A stretch of DNA of 64,000 nt, taken from positions 5,127-69,126 of IMG/VR virus record IMGVR_UViG_3300008120_000440. One strand, 5' to 3'. A program made the position numbers and the translations under genes. This DNA comes from a virus. Below, in pieces: positions 1 through 9,400 of the stretch (the first letter of the stretch is position 1; each line of letters opens with the position of its first letter). A model generated the notes under the pieces. It saw only the letters and a program-made list of their open reading frames with translations, did no database searches and was not told the DNA's origin.

Positions 1-542
1 GCAATGAATATTTTTCTAGATGGGGCGTTGATAGATGGCATGTTGATGGTTCATGGGAAGAGCATGTTGTTGATATAAGTTGCATGCACATGAGAACTCC
101 GTCCCCAGAGGGCGGCAATACACGGTTTGTTGACCTAGAGCGCGCATATGATTGTCTTGAAAAGGAACACATAGATTTTATTTATAGAATAAAGTCTCCA
201 GGATGGAATGCCGACAGTAATGAGTTTCCAGCATACAGAAAACCAGAATATGCGCATCCATCAATAAGGGTCCATCCAGTAACAAAAAACCTTTCTATTT
301 TCTACAATGGGCAAAATACGATTGGAAAAGATTACGATAAATGGAATGCCTACAAATTGAGTTTATTGAACATATTTGATATGCCAGATAATCAGATTGA
401 AGTTAGTTGGTCAGAAAACGACCTTGTTGTCTGGGACAACAGATGCGTTGCTCATTCTGTTATGGGTGGATTTGCTCGCAGCCAGAGAATTTACGACAAG
501 ATTGAAATTGGTAAATCTGAAGTAGAAACAATTGCTTTATGA
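1..542 (+). CDS. TauD/TfdA-family 2OG-dependent dioxygenase (5' truncated by window)
   Basis: Frame is open from nt 3 and gives WHVDGSW (HxD), GGNTRFVD, HPSIRVHPVT, WSENDLVVWDNRCVAH. Confidence 0.85.
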   Translation, partial: NEYFSRWGVDRWHVDGSWEEHVVDISCMHMRTPSPEGGNTRFVDLERAYDCLEKEHIDFIYRIKSPGWNADSNEFPAYRKPEYAHPSIRVHPVTKNLSIFYNGQNTIGKDYDKWNAYKLSLLNIFDMPDNQIEVSWSENDLVVWDNRCVAHSVMGGFARSQRIYDKIEIGKSEVETIAL

Positions 543-1251
543 AAAATATGGACAACTACATCTACGACGGATGGGAAGAAGTAAGAATAAATTCCGAGGA
601 CAAAAAACACATTCATGTTCATGAGAATTTTATTTCTGAAGAAGATTTGGTTAAAATAAATGAATTTTGTCTAACCGCTGAACACATTGAATCAAATCCA
701 TTAATCCTCATTGATTACATACCGACCGTTGTAAAAAATTACGAAACCGAAATAACCAAGATTCTTCGTTCATATAGGGACAAAATATGTAAACTTTTAG
801 AGGAAACATACGACTGTAAAATAAACATCAATTCTGGTTATTCGGAAATTTCAAGTATTTCTCGTTACACGCCAGGAACATTACTCAACCCTCATGCGGA
901 CAAGGAAACATCAATTCTGGTTATTCGGAAATTTCAAGTATTTCTCGTTACACGCCAGGAACATTACTCAACCCTCATGCGGACAAGGTGTGCGAATCCT
1001 GGCGCGACCTAAGCAATGTTCTCTATTTCAACGACTCGTACGAGGGTGGAGAAATATATTTTTATCAATATGGCATTGAGTTCAAACCAAAGGCTGGGAC
1101 GCTATTGATATTCCCGTCTGGGGCAAATTTTGGCCATGGAGTGAAACAAATAACATCTGGCAATCGCCTCGTAACAAGCACATTTTGGGTTGTTGAAAAA
1201 TGGAACAGCATGGATTATGCGAATTGGCAAAGTTACCATCCGATTGTTTAA
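539..1251 (+). pseudogene. Prolyl-4-hydroxylase-like 2OG-Fe(II) oxygenase, frameshifted by an 83-bp tandem duplication
   Basis: Removing one repeat copy joins LNPHADK to VCESWRDLSNVLYFNDSYEGGE...HGVKQITSGNR, giving a 209-aa protein; may be an assembly artefact. Confidence 0.8.
823..988. repeat. Exact 83-bp tandem duplication (823-905, 906-988)
   Basis: AAACATCAATTCTGG...CATGCGGACAAGG occurs twice back to back. Confidence 0.95.
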
Positions 1252-1988
1252 TTGGAAATAACCCCAACTGGAACAAATTTCTGTTGAGTGTTCTTGGCTT
1301 TGATGTCTTCAAGCAAGTGCATCACACTTTCCGCTGGATTAAATTCAGGTTCGCCGTGTCCATACCACCTGAGATAGGCGTACCTTGTCCCCTGTGTAAC
1401 TGGGGCGACCTCATGGCATCCGACAAAAGACGATGGGTATATAAAAACCGAACCAACTTTTGGCTTGCTATTTATTCCCCATATTCGCCATGATATCTGT
1501 CCACCTTCAAAGTCGTCATTCAAAAATGCTCCAGCAGTCAGAATATTGTAAATGGGGATACTGTTCAAAATTGTTACGCCATCATCCGCGTATGCGATAT
1601 TGCAATCAGAGTGTGGGCCAATACATTGTCCATTTTCGTATTTGATTACATACCCATTAGTAACCCATCTGACATTTTCTACGACTACTGGAAAAATTTT
1701 GCAATATTCAACCATGCATTTATGAATTGAGTCTTGCAGATATTTTAAAAAGTTTGCGTTTTCTTCATTTAGTGAATGCAGATTTGTGTATCTGATTGGT
1801 GATTCGTTTGCATGTTCCCGTGGTATTTCATACCCACCTTCTGTGCGGGTATTTTCAATTTGTTTATTTGAATCACCATTGTCAATGGTTGATTCTAGGC
1901 TATTTGTGAATTTCTTAAAATATTCTGGGTCAACAGTAAATGCATTATCAAATTTGACTATGGCGTTACCCATGTGTGTGATAATCAT
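1248..1988 (-). CDS. 2OG-Fe(II) oxygenase (P4H-like)
   Basis: GPHSD, FLNDDFEGG, HEVAPVTQGTRY. Confidence 0.88.
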   Translation of the reverse strand: MIITHMGNAIVKFDNAFTVDPEYFKKFTNSLESTIDNGDSNKQIENTRTEGGYEIPREHANESPIRYTNLHSLNEENANFLKYLQDSIHKCMVEYCKIFPVVVENVRWVTNGYVIKYENGQCIGPHSDCNIAYADDGVTILNSIPIYNILTAGAFLNDDFEGGQISWRIWGINSKPKVGSVFIYPSSFVGCHEVAPVTQGTRYAYLRWYGHGEPEFNPAESVMHLLEDIKAKNTQQKFVPVGVISN

Positions 1989-2743
1989 AATTCACCAACT
2001 TCTACTTTTTTCTGAAAGTTATTAGCAACTTTTGTATCCTCTACACCAATGTCTGAACGAAATTTTTTTAACCACAAATTCTTTTTGTCCAAATCATCTT
2101 GCCCATCAAAATGTGAGCGCGCATGTGAAAAGAAAGACAAAAAAGCCCATCTTGTTCCAGATGTAATTTGTTTAACTTCATGGCTACCAACAAAATTTGA
2201 AGGATAAATCAGAGCGTCACCAGCGCGAAGGTCAAGTTCCTCATCAATAACGGTAAATCTAAATTTGCCACCAGTGAAATCACTATTCAAGACAATTGAA
2301 GTGCTCAGAGTATTATCAATTGCAGAAGACGAAATTAACTCAACAGAGTTGTTCTTGTAGGATGCTGAGCAATCTGAATGTGGTCCCATCCCAGTATTTT
2401 GGGCATACTTTATGTAGTGGAGTTGTTTATGTTCGGTTATGCATTCAACAACCGCAGGGAAAACTTTGCAATAATCAACAACTGATTGATAAATTTTTTC
2501 AGAAATGATTTTTGTAAATTCAAGAGAATCTATGTTTTCAGCATATCGCACAGGATATGTTTTTGAATCAATCTCTTCGTTGTACTCATATCCACCAGCG
2601 GTATAAAGTTTGCCATCTTTTTTAGTGAAGCCTTGTGGGGTTATGTTCTGTTCTATCAACGAAATGTCGTAAGTTTCAATTTCATCAGCGCCAATAAGTC
2701 CACGAATCAGAACAATTCCGCACCCAAGGTGATACCTAATCAT
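1985..2743 (-). CDS. 2OG-Fe(II) oxygenase (P4H-like)
   Basis: GPHSD, LNSDFTGG, HEVKQITSGTRW; start placed at ATGA overlap 2740-2743. Confidence 0.88.
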   Translation of the reverse strand: MIRYHLGCGIVLIRGLIGADEIETYDISLIEQNITPQGFTKKDGKLYTAGGYEYNEEIDSKTYPVRYAENIDSLEFTKIISEKIYQSVVDYCKVFPAVVECITEHKQLHYIKYAQNTGMGPHSDCSASYKNNSVELISSSAIDNTLSTSIVLNSDFTGGKFRFTVIDEELDLRAGDALIYPSNFVGSHEVKQITSGTRWAFLSFFSHARSHFDGQDDLDKKNLWLKKFRSDIGVEDTKVANNFQKKVEVGEL

Positions 2744-3600
2744 GAGTGCATACTTTCTACTAAATGCCACGCTGGAGAACTTTTGTCAACACCGCAGTTG
2801 ATTAGATGGTTTCTAAAGTCTTCACGCAATGTGGGGAGATACACATTGGTTGAAACTGCAGCAAGTTCTGGCTGAGTGATTGGGTCAGCAATGAATTCGT
2901 TTACTGCAGGATTGGGTGAACCGTGCGCGTACCAGCCTAGATATGTGTACCTGTTTCCTGCAGTTATTGGTTCAATCTCATGCGCAGCCATAAAATTTGA
3001 CGGGAACATTAAAATATCGCCAGGATTTGGCGTGTAGCGGATATCTAGATAATTAAAGTAATGCGCACCACCAGAAAAACCGTTATTAAAGTAAATAAGT
3101 GCAGTAAGCGTATTCCTGGTTGCTAGTTGGTCTGTCGGCTCGCCAAAACCGTATGAATAGTCGGCACTCGTATCTGAGTGGGGACCCAGTAGGCGGCCTC
3201 CATGCTCTATTGAGTATGCAACCAGATGGCCTTTTACCTTCCACCAGATATTTTTGTAAGCCAGTGGAAACTCAACTAGATACTTAAGCAGATACTTATC
3301 GCGAGAATTTTCAAGAAATTTTAAAAACTCAATAACATCTGCCTGCTCGCTTCTGTGTATTGAAGCACCGCGACGAGGCATATTCATCGTGTCTTCATAA
3401 TCAAAAAAATATCCACTTTTATTTAAAAATCCAGGCCTGCCCGACTCTGGGTCAATTGCCTCTTTGTACATGTCGTTGCGTTCAGCCGATACTGCATTTT
3501 CTGCAAATTCGCATGCCCAGTCAAAATCAAATGTTATCGCATCTCTGAATACGATTACACCGCCGCCGAGGTGCTCGGGAGCGACATCATTGTAAATCAT
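2740..3600 (-). CDS. 2OG-Fe(II) oxygenase (P4H-like)
   Basis: GPHSD, YFNNGFSGG, HEIEPITAGNRY. Confidence 0.88.
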   Translation of the reverse strand: MIYNDVAPEHLGGGVIVFRDAITFDFDWACEFAENAVSAERNDMYKEAIDPESGRPGFLNKSGYFFDYEDTMNMPRRGASIHRSEQADVIEFLKFLENSRDKYLLKYLVEFPLAYKNIWWKVKGHLVAYSIEHGGRLLGPHSDTSADYSYGFGEPTDQLATRNTLTALIYFNNGFSGGAHYFNYLDIRYTPNPGDILMFPSNFMAAHEIEPITAGNRYTYLGWYAHGSPNPAVNEFIADPITQPELAAVSTNVYLPTLREDFRNHLINCGVDKSSPAWHLVESMHS

Positions 3601-4507
3601 CTTTGTTTCTTTCCTGGATTAATTCTTGAGTGGTACCACTGCTGTTGTTTATGCGATTTAATGGCAATGTTAGCATTTTATATTTATCAGAATCGGAGTT
3701 GTATTTGCTATTTATATAAGTGGAATAGTCGTCAAAAACTTCTGGTATCCAAACTTGAGATGACTTTAGTTTAAGTGCGCCAGAATCGGATGGACAAATA
3801 CCCCTCTTCACATCCTCGGAGCCATGCGAAAAATATGATATGTATGCATACCTTGAACCACTATGAAGTTCTTTTACCCTATGCGTACCCATGTAATTTG
3901 ACGGAAACATAATGATGTCACCAGACTTTGGCTTGTAGCAAATGCCAAGATAAGGGAACTCAAGTTCCCCACCAACATATTCGTAATCACCGCATTCTTC
4001 AGAAGAGTTAGCGGAGTCATTTAAGTACAATATTGAGCCGACAACATGCCTTGTAGCGACTTGCATGTCTGGCACCGCTCCAGGTTGATAATTGACATCG
4101 TTATCTGAGTGAAAACCCATGTCCGAACCACTCCTGTAAGCGACAACATGGCCGTGCGTTCTCCACCATAGAGACGGAAGAATCATTGGGAAATGCTCTA
4201 CATATCTAATTAAACATGAATATACGGCATCTTCGCATTTATCAAAAAATATATGCTTTTCATCTGTTCTGTCGTCTGGGGCAAATCCAGTAATTCTGTT
4301 AACACGATAAATATCCTCTAATGGGTATCTATGTCCAGAACGATTTATGGCATGTAGAGCATTGCCGCTTTCATCGTGGATGATTGTAAAATCTTGTTCT
4401 ACAACTTTTTCGTGAAGTTCTGCCAAATATGGAATTATGAAGTCGTGGTCCACTTCAACCACATTCCTAAAGACGAGAACTCCTCCGCCGAGATTCTCAA
4501 TATCCAT
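3587..4507 (-). CDS. 2OG-Fe(II) oxygenase (P4H-like)
   Basis: GFHSD, YLND...YVGGELEF, HRVKELHSGSRY. Confidence 0.88.
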   Translation of the reverse strand: MDIENLGGGVLVFRNVVEVDHDFIIPYLAELHEKVVEQDFTIIHDESGNALHAINRSGHRYPLEDIYRVNRITGFAPDDRTDEKHIFFDKCEDAVYSCLIRYVEHFPMILPSLWWRTHGHVVAYRSGSDMGFHSDNDVNYQPGAVPDMQVATRHVVGSILYLNDSANSSEECGDYEYVGGELEFPYLGICYKPKSGDIIMFPSNYMGTHRVKELHSGSRYAYISYFSHGSEDVKRGICPSDSGALKLKSSQVWIPEVFDDYSTYINSKYNSDSDKYKMLTLPLNRINNSSGTTQELIQERNKDDLQ

Positions 4508-4508
4508 C

Positions 4509-5123
4509 TTACAAAACCGCGTCTATTGCTTCCCTGATTGTCCAGGCTGCTCCATGGACAAGTGGCTTATCTGCCAGTGGCCAATCTTGCCAGTTAAAGC
4601 GAGAAATGAATACGCCGTCGCGACTTAGCAAAAATTTCTCCCAATTATGTGGAATGCGCATCATCGCTTGCATTGCCTTGTTCTGACCTCGCTGTGCAGA
4701 GTCCGATGTGTCGGCAAGGTTGTCGCTTGAATTACGCAACTCTGGACCTTTAAGGTATGTGTAAATTGGGTGCTCATTTGGTCCGTTTACATCAATCTTT
4801 TCCGTGATTGGAAATGTTACAAACGGATAATTTTCAGCAATAAACGCAGCAATCTCTTCATTGCTTCCTGGCTCCATTCCGCCGAATTGGTTGCACGGGA
4901 AGCCGACTACGGTAAATCCCCTATCTTTAAATTCGTCGTGCACTTTCTGTAATTCCCATAATTGGCGAGATGTTCTCGCGTGCGACCAAAATCTGCTGCA
5001 TTGTGGCTCGTACCCACACTTGGAGGAAATATTCACAAACAGAGCAATTTTCCCCTTTACGGATTCAAGCAGGTTTTCCTCACCAGTAAGGGAGGATATG
5101 TTCATGTCATACGCAAAACTCAT
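4509..5123 (-). CDS. Glutathione peroxidase-family protein (Cys type, divergent)
   Basis: GKIALFVNISSKCG, VVGFPCNQFGGMEPG, KIDVNGPNEHPIY, NWEKFLL. Confidence 0.9.
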   Translation of the reverse strand: MSFAYDMNISSLTGEENLLESVKGKIALFVNISSKCGYEPQCSRFWSHARTSRQLWELQKVHDEFKDRGFTVVGFPCNQFGGMEPGSNEEIAAFIAENYPFVTFPITEKIDVNGPNEHPIYTYLKGPELRNSSDNLADTSDSAQRGQNKAMQAMMRIPHNWEKFLLSRDGVFISRFNWQDWPLADKPLVHGAAWTIREAIDAVL

Positions 5124-5446
5124 TGGTGCCTCTTTGCTGTAAGGGTTGTTTTAACAAACTCACCCACGCTTACTGTCCCAAAAAATAAATCAGAATTGCT
5201 ATCTTTGCCAAATTCAAGCGAAACAGATGCTGTCATTGGAGTATCAATTTTAAAATCCGCACTAAATGACGAGTCGGTCAAAGAGTATGAAGCGAATTTC
5301 ACACTCCCTCTATTTGTTGATATTTCTGCTTCATTGGACACATCATCTACAAGTAGCAGGTAGTCCTCGTCCCCAAACGGAGTATTGACCGTTACGATGA
5401 AACTATGGGCGTATCTTTTGTGCTCTATGTTGTAGTCAATGTTCAC
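5120..5446 (-). CDS. Hypothetical protein (beta-rich)
   Basis: 108-aa ORF abutting or overlapping both neighbours. Confidence 0.65.
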   Translation of the reverse strand: MNIDYNIEHKRYAHSFIVTVNTPFGDEDYLLLVDDVSNEAEISTNRGSVKFASYSLTDSSFSADFKIDTPMTASVSLEFGKDSNSDLFFGTVSVGEFVKTTLTAKRHQ

Positions 5447-6127
5447 TTATTTCTCCAAATAAAACCCGTTGTTCTGCAATCCTAGTGGCTTTTTGTCCTC
5501 AGACCAGACATTTACCACCAGCACCCTGCGAGTACCGCTTTCCGTTGGGGTGGTGTTGTGAAGGATGTGCCCAGCGTCAAACACAATCAACCTGTTTGGC
5601 TTAAAAGCAATCCTCTCCCGTTTCTCAATGGGGGAAGCCATTGATTCAAGCACCCCTCGCTCAAGTTGTGATTTGCTTCCGTCTTCAAGCAAAAATTCAT
5701 GCAACTCCAAAAATCCACCATCTATTGACTCGTGGTCGGGGTAGTAAACGCAACCAATAGTTGGCCCATTAAATATTTGACTTTCTTTATAAAGGTGAGA
5801 ATCTTCATCAATATGCAAGCCTAGATACTGTCCTGGCTTAAATGTTTTTGCCCAATACTCAAAACCGCATATCTGGTCATACGGGAGGGGCAAATTGTCT
5901 TTCCATATTTCCTGTATTACTCGCTTCTTGAGTGTATTTGCTGGAGACCTCCACCAACCGTCCCAAAACATATATGGGGAATAATGTTTTGAATCTTGGT
6001 CATGATATTGGTGTATTGAATAATTCACCTTTTGCTCATCACCCATTGTCTGCGGAAAGAAATTCTCATCGTTTCGGATTTCTTCTAGCAGCGATTCATT
6101 TGTAATAAAATTGTCAATTACTTTCAT
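5447..6127 (-). CDS. 2OG-Fe(II) oxygenase
   Basis: LGLHIDED, GCVYY...GGFLE, NRLIVFDAGHILH, RRVLVVN. Confidence 0.85.
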   Translation of the reverse strand: MKVIDNFITNESLLEEIRNDENFFPQTMGDEQKVNYSIHQYHDQDSKHYSPYMFWDGWWRSPANTLKKRVIQEIWKDNLPLPYDQICGFEYWAKTFKPGQYLGLHIDEDSHLYKESQIFNGPTIGCVYYPDHESIDGGFLELHEFLLEDGSKSQLERGVLESMASPIEKRERIAFKPNRLIVFDAGHILHNTTPTESGTRRVLVVNVWSEDKKPLGLQNNGFYLEK

Positions 6128-6855
6128 TTCTTTATAACCAATGTAAATCCGTAATGAAGTGGAATATGAAATACTGAAACCGAACTGTTGTTTTTAAGTT
6201 CTTCATGCAGGTCGTGCATTGGGTGTCCGTACATGTCATTGTCATACAGAAATGCCCAATCAGATGTGCCGTTTATGAGCATCAACCCACCATCTGTCAA
6301 CATCCTAAGGAAATAATCTGGGTTAGATAGTGGCATGTCAAGTTGGTTTGCCCAAATCTCAATTAAATCAAATTTCTTGCTACACCCTTCGGTGACATCT
6401 TGCATTGATATGACTTCATATTCCAGTTTTGAAAATCTCTCATTTATTGAAGTAAAACATTTTTCAAAGTTTCTCAAAGATATATTGTTGAGCAGCGTGG
6501 TTTTGATGTTGTTTTCGCAACACTGGACAACTCTTGTGCTTGAATAATCTGGTCCGCATATGAGTACGCTTGATGGACTTTTCAAAGCGTAGATTAAATC
6601 TTGAAATATTTGAGAGATGGTGTAGGTCCTAAATGTCCTTTCATTTGTTTCCTCAAACATTTCCCACGGAAATATCGCTAGGTCAACACCGCCAGTCGCT
6701 ACATTCCTCTTGTCAAAATCAATCACAGAAACAAACTCGGCCATGAGTTTTGATGAATGTCCATAATATTTTCCTGGAAAATCATCTTTGTGGCTCTGGG
6801 TGTTAGAAAATATGTCAGCCAGGTGTGCCAGGTTGTAATTAGGCTCCATTTTCAA
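6124..6855 (-). CDS. Class I SAM-methyltransferase-like protein (degenerate motif I)
   Basis: PSSVLICG, KKFDLIEI, LRMLTDGGLMLIN resemble Rossmann methyltransferase strands. Confidence 0.5.
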   Translation of the reverse strand: MKMEPNYNLAHLADIFSNTQSHKDDFPGKYYGHSSKLMAEFVSVIDFDKRNVATGGVDLAIFPWEMFEETNERTFRTYTISQIFQDLIYALKSPSSVLICGPDYSSTRVVQCCENNIKTTLLNNISLRNFEKCFTSINERFSKLEYEVISMQDVTEGCSKKFDLIEIWANQLDMPLSNPDYFLRMLTDGGLMLINGTSDWAFLYDNDMYGHPMHDLHEELKNNSSVSVFHIPLHYGFTLVIKK

Positions 6856-7312
6856 TCACCTGAATTTTATGGTGCGCTCTGCGAACACCTCGCAATAATG
6901 CAATATTTTTACGCTTTATAAATGTTTGGCTTGCCGTGTCTGATGGGGTTCCGTGCTTGTACCTGTATACATTCCGTATTTTTTCAACTATTTCATCTAT
7001 CGTTAGGAGACTAATTTCTTCATCAGAAAAACCCAAAATATACATATACGCAACAAACTCGGCCTTATTGAATTCTAAATCCAAGTCGGCGTTATACCTT
7101 GATAACGGGTCTTGTCTTGAAATGTCCTGCGGTGAATCCCATGAAATACGGTTGCCAACTGGAAGCGGACCGACTGGACCGCCGTACAAATGGCAATGTG
7201 ACTGCTGTCCGTCAACAACCCACGATTCATTCTGCTTGTCCCAGTTAACTGTTAGCGTGTCGCGAGATTTGAAATCAACTGGGTCAATTCCAATTATTGG
7301 CTCAATCTGCAT
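6839..7312 (-). CDS. Hypothetical protein
   Basis: In-operon ORF; ATG at 7312 overlaps upstream gene end. Confidence 0.65.
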   Translation of the reverse strand: MQIEPIIGIDPVDFKSRDTLTVNWDKQNESWVVDGQQSHCHLYGGPVGPLPVGNRISWDSPQDISRQDPLSRYNADLDLEFNKAEFVAYMYILGFSDEEISLLTIDEIVEKIRNVYRYKHGTPSDTASQTFIKRKNIALLRGVRRAHHKIQVIENGA

Positions 7313-7496
7313 TGCCCACCAACTTTTTGTATGCAGCAACTTCGTTCATTAAGCAAAAATACGAGTCATATAGCGCAGATGATTCATCAACTGGTATGTG
7401 AGTCAAGGAAAAAGCATCAACTCCAAGTATTTTTGAAAGGGTTGATATTGAGCGCTCAAGATATGCAACTGCTTGTTTTTTAGCAAAGTCACTCAT
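7302..7496 (-). CDS. Small hypothetical protein
   Basis: 64-aa ORF overlapping both neighbours. Confidence 0.6.
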   Translation of the reverse strand: MSDFAKKQAVAYLERSISTLSKILGVDAFSLTHIPVDESSALYDSYFCLMNEVAAYKKLVGNAD

Positions 7497-8058
7497 TTAT
7501 TCCTCTGTAAACATCCATATTTGGTATTTCAACAGTAGTTGGATTTTGTGGTTTTAGATTGAAACTTACAGCAACTCTTGGGATACCTGATTGGTGCATA
7601 GTCGTAAAATGTGGAACAAAAGAATTGAAAAACACTACTTTGCCAATTTCTGGCTTTATCCGTGTCATTGACTCAATCCTGTTATATCCAAAAGAGTGAA
7701 ATACCAACTCTGCTGAATCGTCGTCTGACGATGTGTAAATCACCCCACTCCAATACTCTTGCGGCTGCATATGCGTGTTTGAGTGGTGGGAATGGTAGGA
7801 GACTGATTCCCCTTTATTTGTTGATACAGCCCATATGTCATTGATAACGGATGGCACTGGCAAGACCTTGTTGGCCAGCAACTCAATTGAATCGCTTAAT
7901 TTACGGCACTCTGGCGAGTTTGGATATACGCGAAAACCATATCCTTTTGCGAATACAAGGTTCTGTTCCAGCACCTCTGCTGTTACGGTTTTGTAATCAA
8001 TACCGTCAATTCTGCCAATATGGGCATGTACGGCAAGAAGGGTTATGAACTCATCCAT
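7489..8058 (-). CDS. Putative 2OG-Fe(II) oxygenase (HxH type, TIGR02466-like)
   Basis: WAV...YHSH, WSGVIY, VFFNSFVPH, RVAVSFN. Confidence 0.8.
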   Translation of the reverse strand: MDEFITLLAVHAHIGRIDGIDYKTVTAEVLEQNLVFAKGYGFRVYPNSPECRKLSDSIELLANKVLPVPSVINDIWAVSTNKGESVSYHSHHSNTHMQPQEYWSGVIYTSSDDDSAELVFHSFGYNRIESMTRIKPEIGKVVFFNSFVPHFTTMHQSGIPRVAVSFNLKPQNPTTVEIPNMDVYRGINE

Positions 8059-8755
8059 GCGGTTCTTGCAATTTTGGTAAACCAGTAAATTCTGGACCTA
8101 TTCTGTTGCCATCAGCGTCCAGCCCAGTTTTTATGCCCTTTGTCCATGTCCATGGATTTTCTGCTTGATTCTTCATTTTCATTTCGTTGTATTTTTTGCG
8201 TTTTTCAACGAATTCGCGGTCTTCGTACAAAACAGAAAATTCAACCTCTGTGTTCTGGAGCAGGGAGTTATCAAAAATATAAAAAAACATAAATGGGCTT
8301 CCAGACTCAAAAACTACTGGTTCATTAATTTTGTTTATTTTCCAGTTCATATCAAATGGGTCTGGCCACCAACTACTTGGGATTATCGCCGATAAAGGTT
8401 CAGCGCCATTTACAAAGTAATTAGGCGAGCCACCAATCCATAGGTCATACCCAGATTCTGTCTGAAACGCGCAATTTGTCCTAAATGTGACCATGCCAGA
8501 GATGTTCCCACTAGCGACTGTTAAGCCATTAAATTCTCCGCCAGACAAAACCTTAACTGGGTTGTGTGTTCCGTCCCATTCAACGACTACATCATGCGGT
8601 AGACAAAGTTCCCAACCGTACACATTCGCGTATGTCATCGGCAAGCACTGATACGCATGTTTGTTGTGCGTAGCGTCCATCCAATCTCGCTTAATGCGAG
8701 ACTGTTTTACAATTGGCAAATCATGAGAACTTTTTTTAATAATTAGGCGCGGCAT
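8051..8755 (-). CDS. DUF6065-like protein
   Basis: RDWMD..HAYQCLPMTYANVYGW, LWIGGSPN, WWPDPFDMNWK; start placed at ATG 8755. Confidence 0.7.
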   Translation of the reverse strand: MPRLIIKKSSHDLPIVKQSRIKRDWMDATHNKHAYQCLPMTYANVYGWELCLPHDVVVEWDGTHNPVKVLSGGEFNGLTVASGNISGMVTFRTNCAFQTESGYDLWIGGSPNYFVNGAEPLSAIIPSSWWPDPFDMNWKINKINEPVVFESGSPFMFFYIFDNSLLQNTEVEFSVLYEDREFVEKRKKYNEMKMKNQAENPWTWTKGIKTGLDADGNRIGPEFTGLPKLQEPHG

Positions 8756-9392
8756 TGTATGGAATTTCTTTTGAAAAATCATGGAATGCATCGTTGTAGT
8801 CAAACATAGTTACTGCAGCATACTTTGTTCCCCTGGTAACTGGCTTTGATGCGTGTGCGTAAATAAATGTTGAAGGGAATAGTAAAATGTCTCCATACTG
8901 CGGCTTGAACGACATTTCAAAATACGGAAACCACAACTCGCCGCCGTCATAGTCGTCGTTCAAATACATGACAGATGAGACTGTGCATATGTATGAAAAC
9001 CCATGGTCGCTATGCACATTGAAGTGCTGGTTCTCTTTGTAGCGAACATAATTGATTGCTTCCATGAAATTCATAGAAATGTTATATTTGCTTTGATAAT
9101 CCTGGAGGCAGGGTATTAGGCCCTTTTTGGTGTCTTCGTAGATGTTCTTCATTTCGGAAAACTGTGGCGGCAAATTTTCAATATGAGTGTTGCCTATTTT
9201 GCAATCAACGCAGTCTCTGTACTGTGGCATTTTTTGTCCAAACCCAACTAGTGCGTCCATCCACATAAATGGTGGTTGCGTGCTATTGCCGATAGTCTCT
9301 TCCAGTCTTTCTGGTAGGCGCAGTTCTTTCCCTAAAGCGTTGCGGTACGCAATGATTCCATACTTTCTGTCACCGATATATTCAAAATTCAT
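8736..9392 (-). CDS. Prolyl-4-hydroxylase-like 2OG-Fe(II) oxygenase
   Basis: FNVHSDHG, YLNDDYDGGEL, HASKPVTRGTKY. Confidence 0.9.
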   Translation of the reverse strand: MNFEYIGDRKYGIIAYRNALGKELRLPERLEETIGNSTQPPFMWMDALVGFGQKMPQYRDCVDCKIGNTHIENLPPQFSEMKNIYEDTKKGLIPCLQDYQSKYNISMNFMEAINYVRYKENQHFNVHSDHGFSYICTVSSVMYLNDDYDGGELWFPYFEMSFKPQYGDILLFPSTFIYAHASKPVTRGTKYAAVTMFDYNDAFHDFSKEIPYNAAPNY

Positions 9393-9400
9393 TGCTGCTC

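Noticed and set aside
823-988. 83-bp direct repeat as CRISPR or DGR template/variable repeat
   Set aside because: Only two identical adjacent copies, no spacers, no adenine-specific differences, no reverse transcriptase in the window
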